DNA from: Candidatus Obscuribacterales bacterium
GTDB lineage: Bacteria > Cyanobacteriota > Vampirovibrionia > Obscuribacterales > Obscuribacteraceae
NCBI GenBank assembly: GCA_965228855.1
Contig: CBDDIJ010000002.1
Span: 2,080,001-2,144,000, forward strand
DNA length: 64,000 nt
Direction: 5' to 3'
Shown here piece after piece: positions 47,326-56,633 of this stretch (position 1 is the stretch's first letter; each line of letters starts with the position of its first letter). The position numbers and the translations under genes were made by a program. Under the pieces are notes generated by a model. That model was given only the letters and a program-made list of their open reading frames with translations, did not search any database and had not been told where the DNA came from.

Positions 47326-49182
47326 TTGAACACTCGAAACCGACAAGCTGTCCGACTGGCGTTCATTCTATTCGTACTCGGTATTTTTCTCACTCAGAGT
47401 CAGCAGCTAGCCAGTGGTGTGGCTGTTGCAGAGCCGGCGAAAAATAGCGGCAGCGAAGTTAATAGGCCGATCAAGGATAAGTGGGCCGTGGTGATCGGAG
47501 TGAGCAAATTCAAAGATTCTTCGATCAATCTTCGATTTGCGGCCAAGGATGCCAAAGATTTTGCTGAATATCTAACCACAGAAGGCAACTTTCAGAAGGA
47601 CCATGTACTGGTACTTACTGATGAAAACGCCACTAGAGAAAATATTCTTACGGCACTTGGTGACAAATGGTTGCCGCGGCTGGCAAATCCGGATGACCTC
47701 GTTATGGTTTACGTCTCCAGTCATGGAAGCCCGGCTGACCTGGATGTTGGCGGAATCAATTATATAGTGGTACATGACACCAATATCGACTGTCTTTATG
47801 CCACAGCCATCCCACTTCAGTATCTGATTGAAATCATAAGAACTCGTGTCCATTCGGACAGAGTAATAATGATTCTTGATACCTGTCACAGCGGCGCGGC
47901 TCGGGTTGAATCGAAAGGTTTAAGCCGCATAAATAACGTGGATGCGCAGGCAATCGTCGCCGGAACCGGTCAAATGGTAATTGCTTCAAGTTCGCCAAGT
48001 CAGCGCTCATGGGAAGGAAAAGAGTACAGCAATAGTGTTTTTACCCATCACCTCATCAACGCGCTTAAGAGTGGTGGCAGCAAAACGACTCTGGGGGCGG
48101 CTTTTGAAACAATGAAGGAAGGCGTTCAGGAGGAGGTCTTGCGCGATCGAGGTACTCTGCAAACACCGGTCATCAAAAGTGCATGGAAAGGTGATGAACT
48201 GGCGGTTGCGACCTTACCGACGAAAACGAGGTCAGCAGCGGTTGATTGGCAGATTGAGCCGCCGCAAACGAAAGCGACTACCATAGCAGCCGCTCCGAGC
48301 AAGGCGCCGGATTTGGTGGCACACGCTCATGTCACACCGAGTATGACAGTGCCCACCAAAATCAATTCGAACGTCTTCGAAATAGAGGCACTACCTGCGA
48401 TACCGCCCGTTACGGTGCTGGACAATGGAAATATCTACAAAGTCTTCAATAAACCGACCCGACCAACGTTCTTTAGCCTCTCGTATCCTGCATTACTCAC
48501 TTACATTTACACCTATCACTGGAATGACGCGCGCGGATTCAGGCCCGGTCAAATCGCTGTTCAGCATGAGGACGGCACGACCTATGGACCCTGGAAGGCG
48601 GCCGGTAAACCTGGTCAAGGCGGCGTTCCGAATGCATATTGGGAAAGTGAGCCGTTGGTGCAGTTGAAACCAGGCACATATACTATTATTGACAGCAACC
48701 CGCCCTCGTGGTCACAGAATGAAGGCACTCGCGGAGCGGGCTTTGCACGTGTCCGTGTCGCGCCGCTGGTTGAGACGGTTGATTCCAACACAGGAAAAAC
48801 TTTGAAGAGATCTCCCGAGATAACGTTCTTCAAAAACGGCAATATCTACGCGGTCAACAATGGCGGTTCACAGCCGTCCTTCACCGTAAGCGTCCCGACT
48901 CTCGTAACCAAAGTAGGCAACTATCATTGGAACCACGGACGCGGCGCTAGACCCGGCACGATTGCGCTCCGCCACGAGGATGGCACCACATACGGTCCCT
49001 GGCAGTCCAACGGTCGCTCCGGGCAAGGTGGCGCGCCGGAAGCCTACTGGGAGTGCTCTGTCGACACTGTGATCAAACCGGGAGTCTACCGCGTGGTTGA
49101 TAGTGATCCGGCCACCTGGTCACAAAATGAATTGACGAACGGAGCGGGAATTTCTGAAATCACCGGAGTCTACCAGAATTAG
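47326..49182 (+). CDS. Exported caspase-family (peptidase C14) protein with two tandem C-terminal domains
   Basis: KWAVVIGVSKF, LRFAAKDA, catalytic SHG and DTCHSG, SVFT. N-terminal hydrophobic segment. Confidence 0.9.
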   Translation: MNTRNRQAVRLAFILFVLGIFLTQSQQLASGVAVAEPAKNSGSEVNRPIKDKWAVVIGVSKFKDSSINLRFAAKDAKDFAEYLTTEGNFQKDHVLVLTDENATRENILTALGDKWLPRLANPDDLVMVYVSSHGSPADLDVGGINYIVVHDTNIDCLYATAIPLQYLIEIIRTRVHSDRVIMILDTCHSGAARVESKGLSRINNVDAQAIVAGTGQMVIASSSPSQRSWEGKEYSNSVFTHHLINALKSGGSKTTLGAAFETMKEGVQEEVLRDRGTLQTPVIKSAWKGDELAVATLPTKTRSAAVDWQIEPPQTKATTIAAAPSKAPDLVAHAHVTPSMTVPTKINSNVFEIEALPAIPPVTVLDNGNIYKVFNKPTRPTFFSLSYPALLTYIYTYHWNDARGFRPGQIAVQHEDGTTYGPWKAAGKPGQGGVPNAYWESEPLVQLKPGTYTIIDSNPPSWSQNEGTRGAGFARVRVAPLVETVDSNTGKTLKRSPEITFFKNGNIYAVNNGGSQPSFTVSVPTLVTKVGNYHWNHGRGARPGTIALRHEDGTTYGPWQSNGRSGQGGAPEAYWECSVDTVIKPGVYRVVDSDPATWSQNELTNGAGISEITGVYQN

Positions 49183-49214
49183 ATTAGAAAGCGCTCGCCG
49201 CTGGCGCGTCTTCA

Positions 49215-49760
49215 CTAATCGCTACCGTTTTCCTGCTGGCTTTCCAGATAACGTTGCCATAATTGCCAGGGGAGATGCGCTTCAATCTGGCGATAAACAG
49301 ATGTGTACGGATTGCGCTCCATATGCACCGGCACCACTCTTGTACCTTCGAAAAATTTGCCGTTCAAAACCCCTTCTTTCAGCGTTCCGACAAATGAAAC
49401 GCGTCTGGGCTTTTGTCCACCTTTGAGCCACTTTGATGGCGTCTCGAAGGTGAATTTCACGAGTTCGTTTTGAGGTGGGTCAGTGGTGATGAGGCGAAGG
49501 ATAGCACCTGGACCGAAAGAGAGTTCTCCCCAGACGTTGGTGGGCTGACGCACGAGGGACATACGGATCTCAGGTCCCCGTCCGGGAATTTGATACTCGC
49601 CTGAAATGTCGGAGAGCATCCAGTAGATGATTATGGCGCCTAAGCCGAGCAGAACGAAAAAAAGAACCATGTTACCAATCAAACCCGAGCCGCGACGCAG
49701 GTCGTCGTATTCGGCCAGGGGATCTGGTGTCAGTGATCGTGATCCACGAGAGCGCGTCAT
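49215..49760 (-). CDS. Hypothetical single-TM protein
   Basis: One TM helix (VLFFVLLGLGAIIIYW). Lies 5 nt downstream of the matrixin gene. Confidence 0.7.
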   Translation of the reverse strand: MTRSRGSRSLTPDPLAEYDDLRRGSGLIGNMVLFFVLLGLGAIIIYWMLSDISGEYQIPGRGPEIRMSLVRQPTNVWGELSFGPGAILRLITTDPPQNELVKFTFETPSKWLKGGQKPRRVSFVGTLKEGVLNGKFFEGTRVVPVHMERNPYTSVYRQIEAHLPWQLWQRYLESQQENGSD

Positions 49761-49765
49761 GGTGA

Positions 49766-50800
49766 TTATGGTATTAAATCCGGTGTGCTCTTGTATAGAT
49801 ACCTGATAGTTGCAATGTCGCTGGCCGACAAAACGCCGTTGCCATAGTACATGCTCATGAGATCGCCGGGATTTTTGCTATGTCCGTCGATTCCGAGAGC
49901 GTGTCCCATCTCGTGACCGGCCGCGGCACGCATCTTTTCAATCGGCATTGATTGACCTTGCTTTTCGGTGCAGCGAAGCAGAACAACAACCGGTCTGAAG
50001 TTCGCTTTCTTCCCCTGGAGAATGGCTTGATAAGGAAAACAGTTTTTAGAGGTGTAACCTCTGATGTCACTCGCGAAGAGCCCGAGTCCTAGCTTATTTA
50101 CGAAGTGGTGGACGAAGAACACATGAATGTCGGCTTCCATAGGATCGTCGGTAAATTCGAAGGACAATAGACCTTCCTTTTCAAACCTCTTCCAATAGTT
50201 GATACCCTCGATCGCCGCTTGTCTGTGCTGGGGAATAAAACCTTCCGCTTGCGGAAGGCTCTGCAATTGTCCGTTTTGAAGCACCGTCGCAATGAAATCG
50301 GGCCACGTATTGACGGCGTCCACGTTGACATACGGTGCGCCGAGCTGCGGATCAAGTATCTGGTCGATCGCCAGTCCGTTTGAAACCCAGACGTGGAGCG
50401 GCATCTGATCGGGAATCCAGCGAATTACTCCATGGGCACTCTTGAATTCCGGGTAAACTCCCGTTCCAGTCTGCATGGCGGCTGGCCGCTTTGCTCCACC
50501 AGTTGATATCGGCGCATTTTGCCGGATAATTTGCTGCTGTTGTTGCGGACGCGTGCTCGCACTTCCGAAACCGGTAACCGGTGGCAGGTTCGTATAACGG
50601 TTCTTAAACTGCGCCTGGGTAGGGGCAACTGTTGCAAGGGCGACGGTTAACGCGAGGCATGCTACGGTTGCAAGTACGACAAGAGTGGTTAACGACGATC
50701 GCTTTGGGTTTGAATACTTGGCTTTTAAGCTGAACACGGTTATCTTTCCGCTCTGAATTGTTACAGACCCGTAACTAGATGATACAAGTATATGCCACAA
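49766..50800 (-). CDS. Matrixin-family (metzincin) zinc metalloprotease
   Basis: HEMGHALGIDGHS zinc motif and Met-turn DLM, plus a signal/TM segment. Start may be downstream. Confidence 0.88.
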   Translation of the reverse strand: MWHILVSSSYGSVTIQSGKITVFSLKAKYSNPKRSSLTTLVVLATVACLALTVALATVAPTQAQFKNRYTNLPPVTGFGSASTRPQQQQQIIRQNAPISTGGAKRPAAMQTGTGVYPEFKSAHGVIRWIPDQMPLHVWVSNGLAIDQILDPQLGAPYVNVDAVNTWPDFIATVLQNGQLQSLPQAEGFIPQHRQAAIEGINYWKRFEKEGLLSFEFTDDPMEADIHVFFVHHFVNKLGLGLFASDIRGYTSKNCFPYQAILQGKKANFRPVVVLLRCTEKQGQSMPIEKMRAAAGHEMGHALGIDGHSKNPGDLMSMYYGNGVLSASDIATIRYLYKSTPDLIP

Positions 50801-50982
50801 GTTGCTCGGTCAATGAGCGCGGCAGAAGCGCAAGGAAGTTTGTCCTGCGGAAACAATTACATGAGCTGGGCGTCATTAGTTAACAGTGCGCCAACCAGTT
50901 CAAAAGTCTGAAAACTTAGATGAGACCATGGTTTCCACGCATTGACTACAGCGCAGTGTAAACGGTTTTGTTATACACAATT

Positions 50983-51161
50983 GTGAACGGAACCTTAAAA
51001 CTCTACCCCAGTAGGCGTTTCATGCGCTACAAATATGTCTACAACGCAGCCACTCAAGTGAGAGGTATCAGGGATGAAACCTGTCGGGGCAGTACCGACC
51101 CTGCGAACAATTTCTCGAAGATGGACGATTCGCTAAATCCCCGACAAAGTTGGGGATTTTT
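50983..51161 (+). ncRNA. Probable 6S RNA-like structured ncRNA with its own terminator
   Basis: 5'/3' closing stem GTGAACG / CGATTCGC, unpaired bubble, internal stem CCCCAGTAGG..TTTCAT / ATGAAACCTGTCGGGG, apical hairpin GCCACTC-AAGT-GAGAGGT and a terminator. G-U pairs favour the + strand. Confidence 0.45.
51135..51161 (+). terminator. Rho-independent terminator
   Basis: AAATCCCCGAC-AAA-GTTGGGGATTT followed by further T residues. Confidence 0.75.
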
Positions 51162-51256
51162 GCATTAGTGCCCTTCCGCGCAGCATGCTAAATTTATGCG
51201 GTAAATGACGAGTCAGGCTCGTCTCCGTTGAAACTTAGCCTGTGGGTAACTTACTA

Positions 51257-52687
51257 ATGACTGCATCGAAAAGACCTTTAAGAGCCGTGATCTTGGCTGC
51301 CGGACAGGGCAAGCGCATGAAATCGCGCAAGCCGAAGGTTTTGCATGACGTTCTAGGACTCTCGATTCTTTCTCGAGTCATCAAGGCCGTAATGGCTCTT
51401 GGCGTGGAGCATGTTCACATCGTAGTCGGGCACGAGTCAGAACAGATTAAGGACTACCTGGAAAAACATCACAGCACTGCCATTACCGAAGATTTTAAAG
51501 CGATTTCACCTATCACAACTCATCTGCAGGAGCCGCAGTTGGGTACCGGGCATGCTCTCATGCAAGTGGCGCCGTATCTGAAAGATTTCAACGGCGACCT
51601 GCTGGTTACTGTGGGAGATGCTCCGCTGTTGACCGGTGAGACGCTGGCGCCTCTTCTGGATACGCATATTAAGGATAATGCTACGGTCACCATATTAAGT
51701 ACCATTGTTCCTGATTCCAAAAACTACGGTCGCGTACTTCGTGATGAGCACTGTAAAGTCAGGGGGATTGTCGAAGACAAAGATGCAACTGAAGAAGAGA
51801 AAAAGGTCAAAGAAATAAACTCTGCGATCTACTGTTTCAAATGGCCAGATATCGAAGAAGGTCTGAAAGGTCTGAAGAACGATAACAAACAAGGTGAGTA
51901 TTATCTTCCGGATCTGGCGGCCTGGGCTGTCTCCAAAGGACTAGTCCTGTCCGCATCCGTTGCGGAGGACTATCGAGAAGTTGCCGGTATCAACTCACGA
52001 ATTGAGCTTGCCGAAGCAGTCAAAGATCTGCGTGATCTGACCGCTGAGAAGCTTGCGCTTGAAAGTGGTGTGACCATTGTTGATCCAGCATCCACGTGGA
52101 TATCCCCTGAAGTCTCGGTGGGTCAAGACTCAACGATTCTTCCGGGCACGCACTTGATGGGGAACATCAAGATTGGCTCAAATTGTGTGATTGGACCAAA
52201 CACTGTTATGAAGGGTAATGTCGTTATCGGAGATAGAACCTCCGTGGTACTGTCTATGGTGCAGGACTCGAACATTGGCGAGGACTGCAAAGTCGGACCA
52301 TTCTGTCACGTCCGAGAGGGCAATACCGTAGGCAACAAAGTGAAGCTCGGAAATTTCGTGGAGATCAAGAAGAGTAACATCGGAAACAAAACCAATGTCG
52401 GTCATCTGAGTTACATCGGTGATACCACTCTTGGTAGCAATGCCAATATCGGGGCAGGAACCATCACCGCAAACTACGATCACTTGACGAAGAAGAAACA
52501 TAAAACTGCTATTGGTGACGGCGCCTCCACCGGCAGTAATTCCGTATTGGTCGCGCCAGTTTCAATCGGCGATAAGGCCGTAGTCGGAGCTGGAAGCGTG
52601 GTCACCAAGGACGTTCCCTCTAGTTCGTTAGCGGTAGCCCGTTCGCAACAGAAGAACATTGATGGCTGGGCAGATCGCGAACGGTAA
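51257..52687 (+). CDS. glmU: Bifunctional UDP-N-acetylglucosamine diphosphorylase / glucosamine-1-phosphate N-acetyltransferase
   Basis: ILAAGQGKRMKS, QLGTGHA, QGEYYL, hexapeptide repeats, GNFVEIK, HLSYIGD and NIGAGTITANYD. Confidence 0.97.
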   Translation: MTASKRPLRAVILAAGQGKRMKSRKPKVLHDVLGLSILSRVIKAVMALGVEHVHIVVGHESEQIKDYLEKHHSTAITEDFKAISPITTHLQEPQLGTGHALMQVAPYLKDFNGDLLVTVGDAPLLTGETLAPLLDTHIKDNATVTILSTIVPDSKNYGRVLRDEHCKVRGIVEDKDATEEEKKVKEINSAIYCFKWPDIEEGLKGLKNDNKQGEYYLPDLAAWAVSKGLVLSASVAEDYREVAGINSRIELAEAVKDLRDLTAEKLALESGVTIVDPASTWISPEVSVGQDSTILPGTHLMGNIKIGSNCVIGPNTVMKGNVVIGDRTSVVLSMVQDSNIGEDCKVGPFCHVREGNTVGNKVKLGNFVEIKKSNIGNKTNVGHLSYIGDTTLGSNANIGAGTITANYDHLTKKKHKTAIGDGASTGSNSVLVAPVSIGDKAVVGAGSVVTKDVPSSSLAVARSQQKNIDGWADRER

Positions 52688-52856
52688 TAGATAAACGTTA
52701 GTAAGTTTGCAATAAACGGCAGGCGATGAACGATTTTTGAAGCCGTGGAAAATCCTGGTGAAAACCCTGGGTTTCGTTCAGTGAGCCGTGGCTAGTCGAC
52801 GTCAAGGACCGCCATTACGATGTAATTAGCCTGTTCCTAACCGCGAGGGAGTTGCC

Positions 52857-53414
52857 GTGAACCCTTCTAAATTCGCTTGCCTAATTTTGGCAATGTTCGT
52901 AACTGTGTTGAGCGCGTATCCTTCGTATGCGCAGGACGCTAGAAACGGAGCCGCTGCTGTTGGCTCCGCTTTTGTATCCAAACCTCAAGCCGGCTCCGCC
53001 ATAGTGAAAGGCGGCGGTATGGTCGCGCCGATTGCGCCGGAGGCTGGAAATACCACCGCTGCTGCTCCTGTTTTGCAAGGCGCCAGTTGCGGGACCATTG
53101 GTCCGGTTGGCACTGATGCAGTTGCGTCACCCGCCATAATCACGCCCCTAAGCGCTGTTTCCCAGCCCCATCAGTTACCGCCGATTCCGACACTTTTGTT
53201 CTTCACTCTCACTCTGACAGCTGCAGCCTGGGGGCTTCAGGATATAGCGAAAAAACGTCGAATCTCGATCATTAACGCAGGTGTTTTGGTCGGAGCCATA
53301 GTACTCGCGCTCGGCTTCACCTGGAACCTGTTTAACCAGGAGGAGGAGCATTACAGTCACTTTTCTCTAGGCATTAGAGCGATGCAGAGTTTCGCTTACG
53401 CCATTCATGAATAG
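52857..53414 (+). CDS. Hypothetical protein: signal peptide, Ala/Pro-rich region and two C-terminal TM helices
   Basis: GAGGGAG RBS and signal-like N-terminus ending SYA|Q. Overlaps the next gene by 8 nt. Confidence 0.65.
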   Translation: MNPSKFACLILAMFVTVLSAYPSYAQDARNGAAAVGSAFVSKPQAGSAIVKGGGMVAPIAPEAGNTTAAAPVLQGASCGTIGPVGTDAVASPAIITPLSAVSQPHQLPPIPTLLFFTLTLTAAAWGLQDIAKKRRISIINAGVLVGAIVLALGFTWNLFNQEEEHYSHFSLGIRAMQSFAYAIHE

Positions 53415-54471
53415 CGTCGAAGCCAAGCCGTATCCGTGGATACTACATCCGCTGCTCGATTTGGTCCTTGGATGTGGTGGCATTGTCTGGTTGCTTTTCG
53501 GAATCCACCTTTTCCTGCTGCCCGGTAACAGCGCTGATCTGGCACAGCTAGCCGCCATCTCCGCTACCGGAGTGATTATATTTGCAGAGGCACATACCGC
53601 TGCAACGTTCGCTGTCGTCTACCGAAACGAAGAAGTGTGCAGTCGCTATCGGTTCTACACCGGATGGTTGGCGCAGATCTGCTTTGCCTTAGCGGTTGCA
53701 GGGATAATTCTTCCGTCGTTGACTCCCATTCTTGTAAAAATCTACTTGCTGATGGTGCCGCATCATTTCCTCGCGCAAGCCTTTGGAGTAGCAATGCTTT
53801 ATTGCATGAAGCGAGGCTACAAAGTTGGTCGCTGGGAGCGAACAGCGCTCTTATATTTTGTTCGCAGCGTGACCGTTTACGCGACTATTCGCCAGCTCAC
53901 GTATCGTGAGTGGAGCGGCGACAGTTTTCTCGGAGTCGAGATACCTTTCTGGAAAGTGATACCAGATTTTGTAACAACCGCGTCCGAGCACTTTATGTTT
54001 TTCTCCGCGATAATCCTCTGCGGGCTTGTCGTCGTTCGGTCCTTCCGAACGGGCGAGATTATGCCTTTCCCGGCTCAACTCGTACTGATCACTTGCGTGT
54101 CGGCATTTGTGATGGGACCGCAAGCAACCGGAATCTTTTGGCTGTATGTCAGCGCATTCTTTCATGGAGCTCAATATCTGATGATTGTAATTGCGCAGCG
54201 CATCAAGGATGCCGGTATGCCTGAAGGAATGTCGACTCATCACATCGCGCGTCGATTACTCTCGCTTGCGGCGTTGCGATTTGTTTCTCTCATCGCGCTA
54301 ATCACGTTTATCCTATACAACGCTGTGCCGTTTGCTTTGCAGCATGTAGGCGTTGCATCGGTTGGAGCTGCTGCAGCCATTTTCACCACGGTCAACTTCT
54401 TTCACATCATCACCGATGGTGCCCTGTGGAAGTTACGCGACCCAAAACTACGCGAGCAGTTGGTGGCATAA
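53407..54471 (+). CDS. Polytopic membrane protein with several His motifs
   Basis: About 9-10 TM helices with AH, HH..Q..G, FHGAQY and FHIITDGALWKLRDP. Confidence 0.75.
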   Translation: MNSVEAKPYPWILHPLLDLVLGCGGIVWLLFGIHLFLLPGNSADLAQLAAISATGVIIFAEAHTAATFAVVYRNEEVCSRYRFYTGWLAQICFALAVAGIILPSLTPILVKIYLLMVPHHFLAQAFGVAMLYCMKRGYKVGRWERTALLYFVRSVTVYATIRQLTYREWSGDSFLGVEIPFWKVIPDFVTTASEHFMFFSAIILCGLVVVRSFRTGEIMPFPAQLVLITCVSAFVMGPQATGIFWLYVSAFFHGAQYLMIVIAQRIKDAGMPEGMSTHHIARRLLSLAALRFVSLIALITFILYNAVPFALQHVGVASVGAAAAIFTTVNFFHIITDGALWKLRDPKLREQLVA

Positions 54472-54512
54472 AGTTGCCTTGCCTGCAAACAAAGTGGTGT
54501 TATGATGACACC

Positions 54513-54803
54513 ATGATTGAAACCACTCCGATGTTTTACACATATATTGTTCGGTGCAAAGACGGTACTTATTACACCGGTTGGACCAACGATCTGGAAC
54601 AACGGATCGCCGCTCATAATCAAGGAAAAGGTGCCAAGTACACGCGCAAGCGTGGACCCGTCGAATTACTTGCGACCTGGATATCACCTTCTAAAAGTGA
54701 AGCGATGAAACTTGAGTATTCAATAAAACAGATGAGTCGCCACGAAAAACAAATTCTGATAATGGAATACGCCACAGGATCCAGAAAGGCTGGAAACGGC
54801 TGA
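54513..54803 (+). CDS. GIY-YIG nuclease family protein (UPF0213-like)
   Basis: YTYIVRCKDGTYYTGWTNDL, HNQGKGAKYT and EAMKLE motifs. Start is 54513 or 54531. Confidence 0.9.
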   Translation: MIETTPMFYTYIVRCKDGTYYTGWTNDLEQRIAAHNQGKGAKYTRKRGPVELLATWISPSKSEAMKLEYSIKQMSRHEKQILIMEYATGSRKAGNG

Positions 54804-54853
54804 CGCGACTGTGCAGTCCAGGTCTGAAGAAACGTGGTACGAGGTTCAATTCA

Positions 54854-55159
54854 TTAACGTTCCAAATCCGGCAGCGTATCAGCATTAGGATCGAGGTGCG
54901 AAAGATAGTCGAGTCGACGTCTTTCGGCTTCTGCAAAAGAATTCGATTCGATAGTTATGAATTTCACCAGATTCAGCGGGACCAGATTTTTTGAAAACTC
55001 GCTGTTAAAAGGCTTGTCGCCTTCGCCATACGATTCGATTTCTACATAATCATGACCGATGCGGAGCACGCGGCCAGTCAGCGTCGTGCCATCGGAAAAA
55101 TGCAGCCGCGCCCAGGAGCGTGAATCGCAAAGCTTCTCTAATCGGAGTTTAAGGTTCAT
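54854..55159 (-). CDS. Small hypothetical protein, possible Sm/LSm-like fold
   Basis: Helix, then LHFSDGTTLTGRV...D.V (Sm1-like) and LVPLNLVKFI (Sm2-like). AGAGG RBS. Confidence 0.6.
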   Translation of the reverse strand: MNLKLRLEKLCDSRSWARLHFSDGTTLTGRVLRIGHDYVEIESYGEGDKPFNSEFSKNLVPLNLVKFITIESNSFAEAERRRLDYLSHLDPNADTLPDLER

Positions 55160-55570
55160 GACTGACCTCTCTGAGCCCCTTTCCTTATAAGCTCATAGTA
55201 CCACCGTGTGTATATGTTTGGGGGCCAAACGGAATGGAGTCGTCATAGTCTGCTTCTCCGGCTGTCGGATAATTTGGTTTTTCTATAGATTTGCAGTGTC
55301 TTAAAAGCGTCTCCGGATCTCGATATTCGAGGTCTACCGTCACGATATACGATGCAAACATCTCCTAAACTTTAGGAAGTCCAAAACCTGCAACTGTGGA
55401 AGGGAAGAAGGAAAGCAACAGTTTTTCGTTAGATATCAAGACTTGTTGTTTTCGAACCAGAGACTAAACTGTTTGAGTGGGTCGAGCGCCTGAACCGCAG
55501 ACACAGAGCCACTTTATATACATGTGCTAGTCCATCAATATAACGGTTCGCGAAACACCCAGTTTGCTAT

Positions 55571-55795
55571 ATGAAAGTCAACACTACTCTGTTACTAGAA
55601 AATGAGGACCGGATGCAGGACGATACATTGCCAGTCGCTTTGCAAAAACGAATTGACGAACTCAAGGAATTAGAATCGACTTATTGGGAAGACGAACTCT
55701 ATTCTTATGAAGCTCTAACAAACCCGACATATAGAACAGAACTAGAGCGCTGCTTCAACCTCGATCCGTTGGGTCCATTACCTCCGCGGCAATAA
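55571..55795 (+). CDS. Small acidic hypothetical protein
   Basis: 74-aa ORF with a helical acidic pattern. Overlaps the coaX 3' end by 41 nt on the opposite strand. Confidence 0.45.
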   Translation: MKVNTTLLLENEDRMQDDTLPVALQKRIDELKELESTYWEDELYSYEALTNPTYRTELERCFNLDPLGPLPPRQ

Positions 55796-56534
55796 GATTG
55801 ATCCCTTTCAGGGTCAAGTTAGAATCAAAGTAATCGACAGTTCCAGCCAGCGCATCAGAGAGGAAATTAGATAAACCTCCTGTCGCAACGACGACTGTGC
55901 TTCCTTTGATTTCGCTCTTCGCATCTTTGATCCAGCGTTGTACGAAACCGACGTGAGCCAAAATCGTGCCGTTCAGTATTGCCTCAGTGGTTGTGGTGGC
56001 AAGCGGATTGAACTGGTTTTGAAAAACGTTCTCGACTTCGAGCAGTGGAAGCTGTTCCGTATTCGAATACAATGCGTTCAGGGTTTCTTTCAAACCCAAT
56101 GTAATCATTCCACCTAAAAAACTTCCCGAACTGCTCACCGCAGTGAGAGTCGTTGCCGTGCCGAAATCCATGATGATACCGGCGTCGGCAACGTCTTTCA
56201 CGTAGAGTTTTTTCATAGCTGCACAATTGGCAAGTCTATCCAGACCGAGCGTCGGATAGAAATCATTGATGGCACGCTGTTCTTGAAGGGTAATTTCAGT
56301 CGTTGGAATTTCTGCTTGCTTTAGACGTGTGACCAGATCTTCGCGGGCGGACGGAACTACTGTGCTGATTGCGACCGTTGTAATGCCGTGTTCGCGATGT
56401 TTGCCGCCGATCGATAGGGCTGCGTCGGATGTTTCCTTGACACCGTGGTACCACTTGGTTATCACCTCGCCATCTTCGAAGAGCGCACAAGCAATTGTTG
56501 AATTGCCTATATCGACTGCGATTCGTTTAACCAT
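55755..56534 (-). CDS. coaX: Type III pantothenate kinase
   Basis: VDIGNST, LGLDR, DFGTATT, GGMI and VATGG motifs. Confidence 0.94.
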   Translation of the reverse strand: MVKRIAVDIGNSTIACALFEDGEVITKWYHGVKETSDAALSIGGKHREHGITTVAISTVVPSAREDLVTRLKQAEIPTTEITLQEQRAINDFYPTLGLDRLANCAAMKKLYVKDVADAGIIMDFGTATTLTAVSSSGSFLGGMITLGLKETLNALYSNTEQLPLLEVENVFQNQFNPLATTTTEAILNGTILAHVGFVQRWIKDAKSEIKGSTVVVATGGLSNFLSDALAGTVDYFDSNLTLKGINLIAAEVMDPTDRG

Positions 56535-56575
56535 GGTTGCATGTTCCTTTCTGAACGCTTATCGGTAATTCAAAT

Positions 56576-56620
56576 GATTGGATTGAAACTGATTGAATTG
56601 AATCAGATTGAACTGAAACA
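56576..56620. repeat. Degenerate pentamer tandem repeat (GATTG/AATTG) upstream of coaX
   Basis: GATTG GATTG AAACT GATTG AATTG AATCA GATTG AACTG AAACA. Confidence 0.55.
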
Positions 56621-56633
56621 GTATGCGCCATAA

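Noticed and set aside
50968..51168. 66-aa ORF, or a glmS ribozyme, T-box or cobalamin riboswitch upstream of glmU
   Set aside because: The ORF has no RBS or recognisable features and runs through a terminator. The conserved cores of those RNAs are not present.
54513..54803. GIY-YIG protein as a homing endonuclease or mobile element
   Set aside because: It is the short stand-alone UPF0213 type, with no intron or DNA-binding extension.
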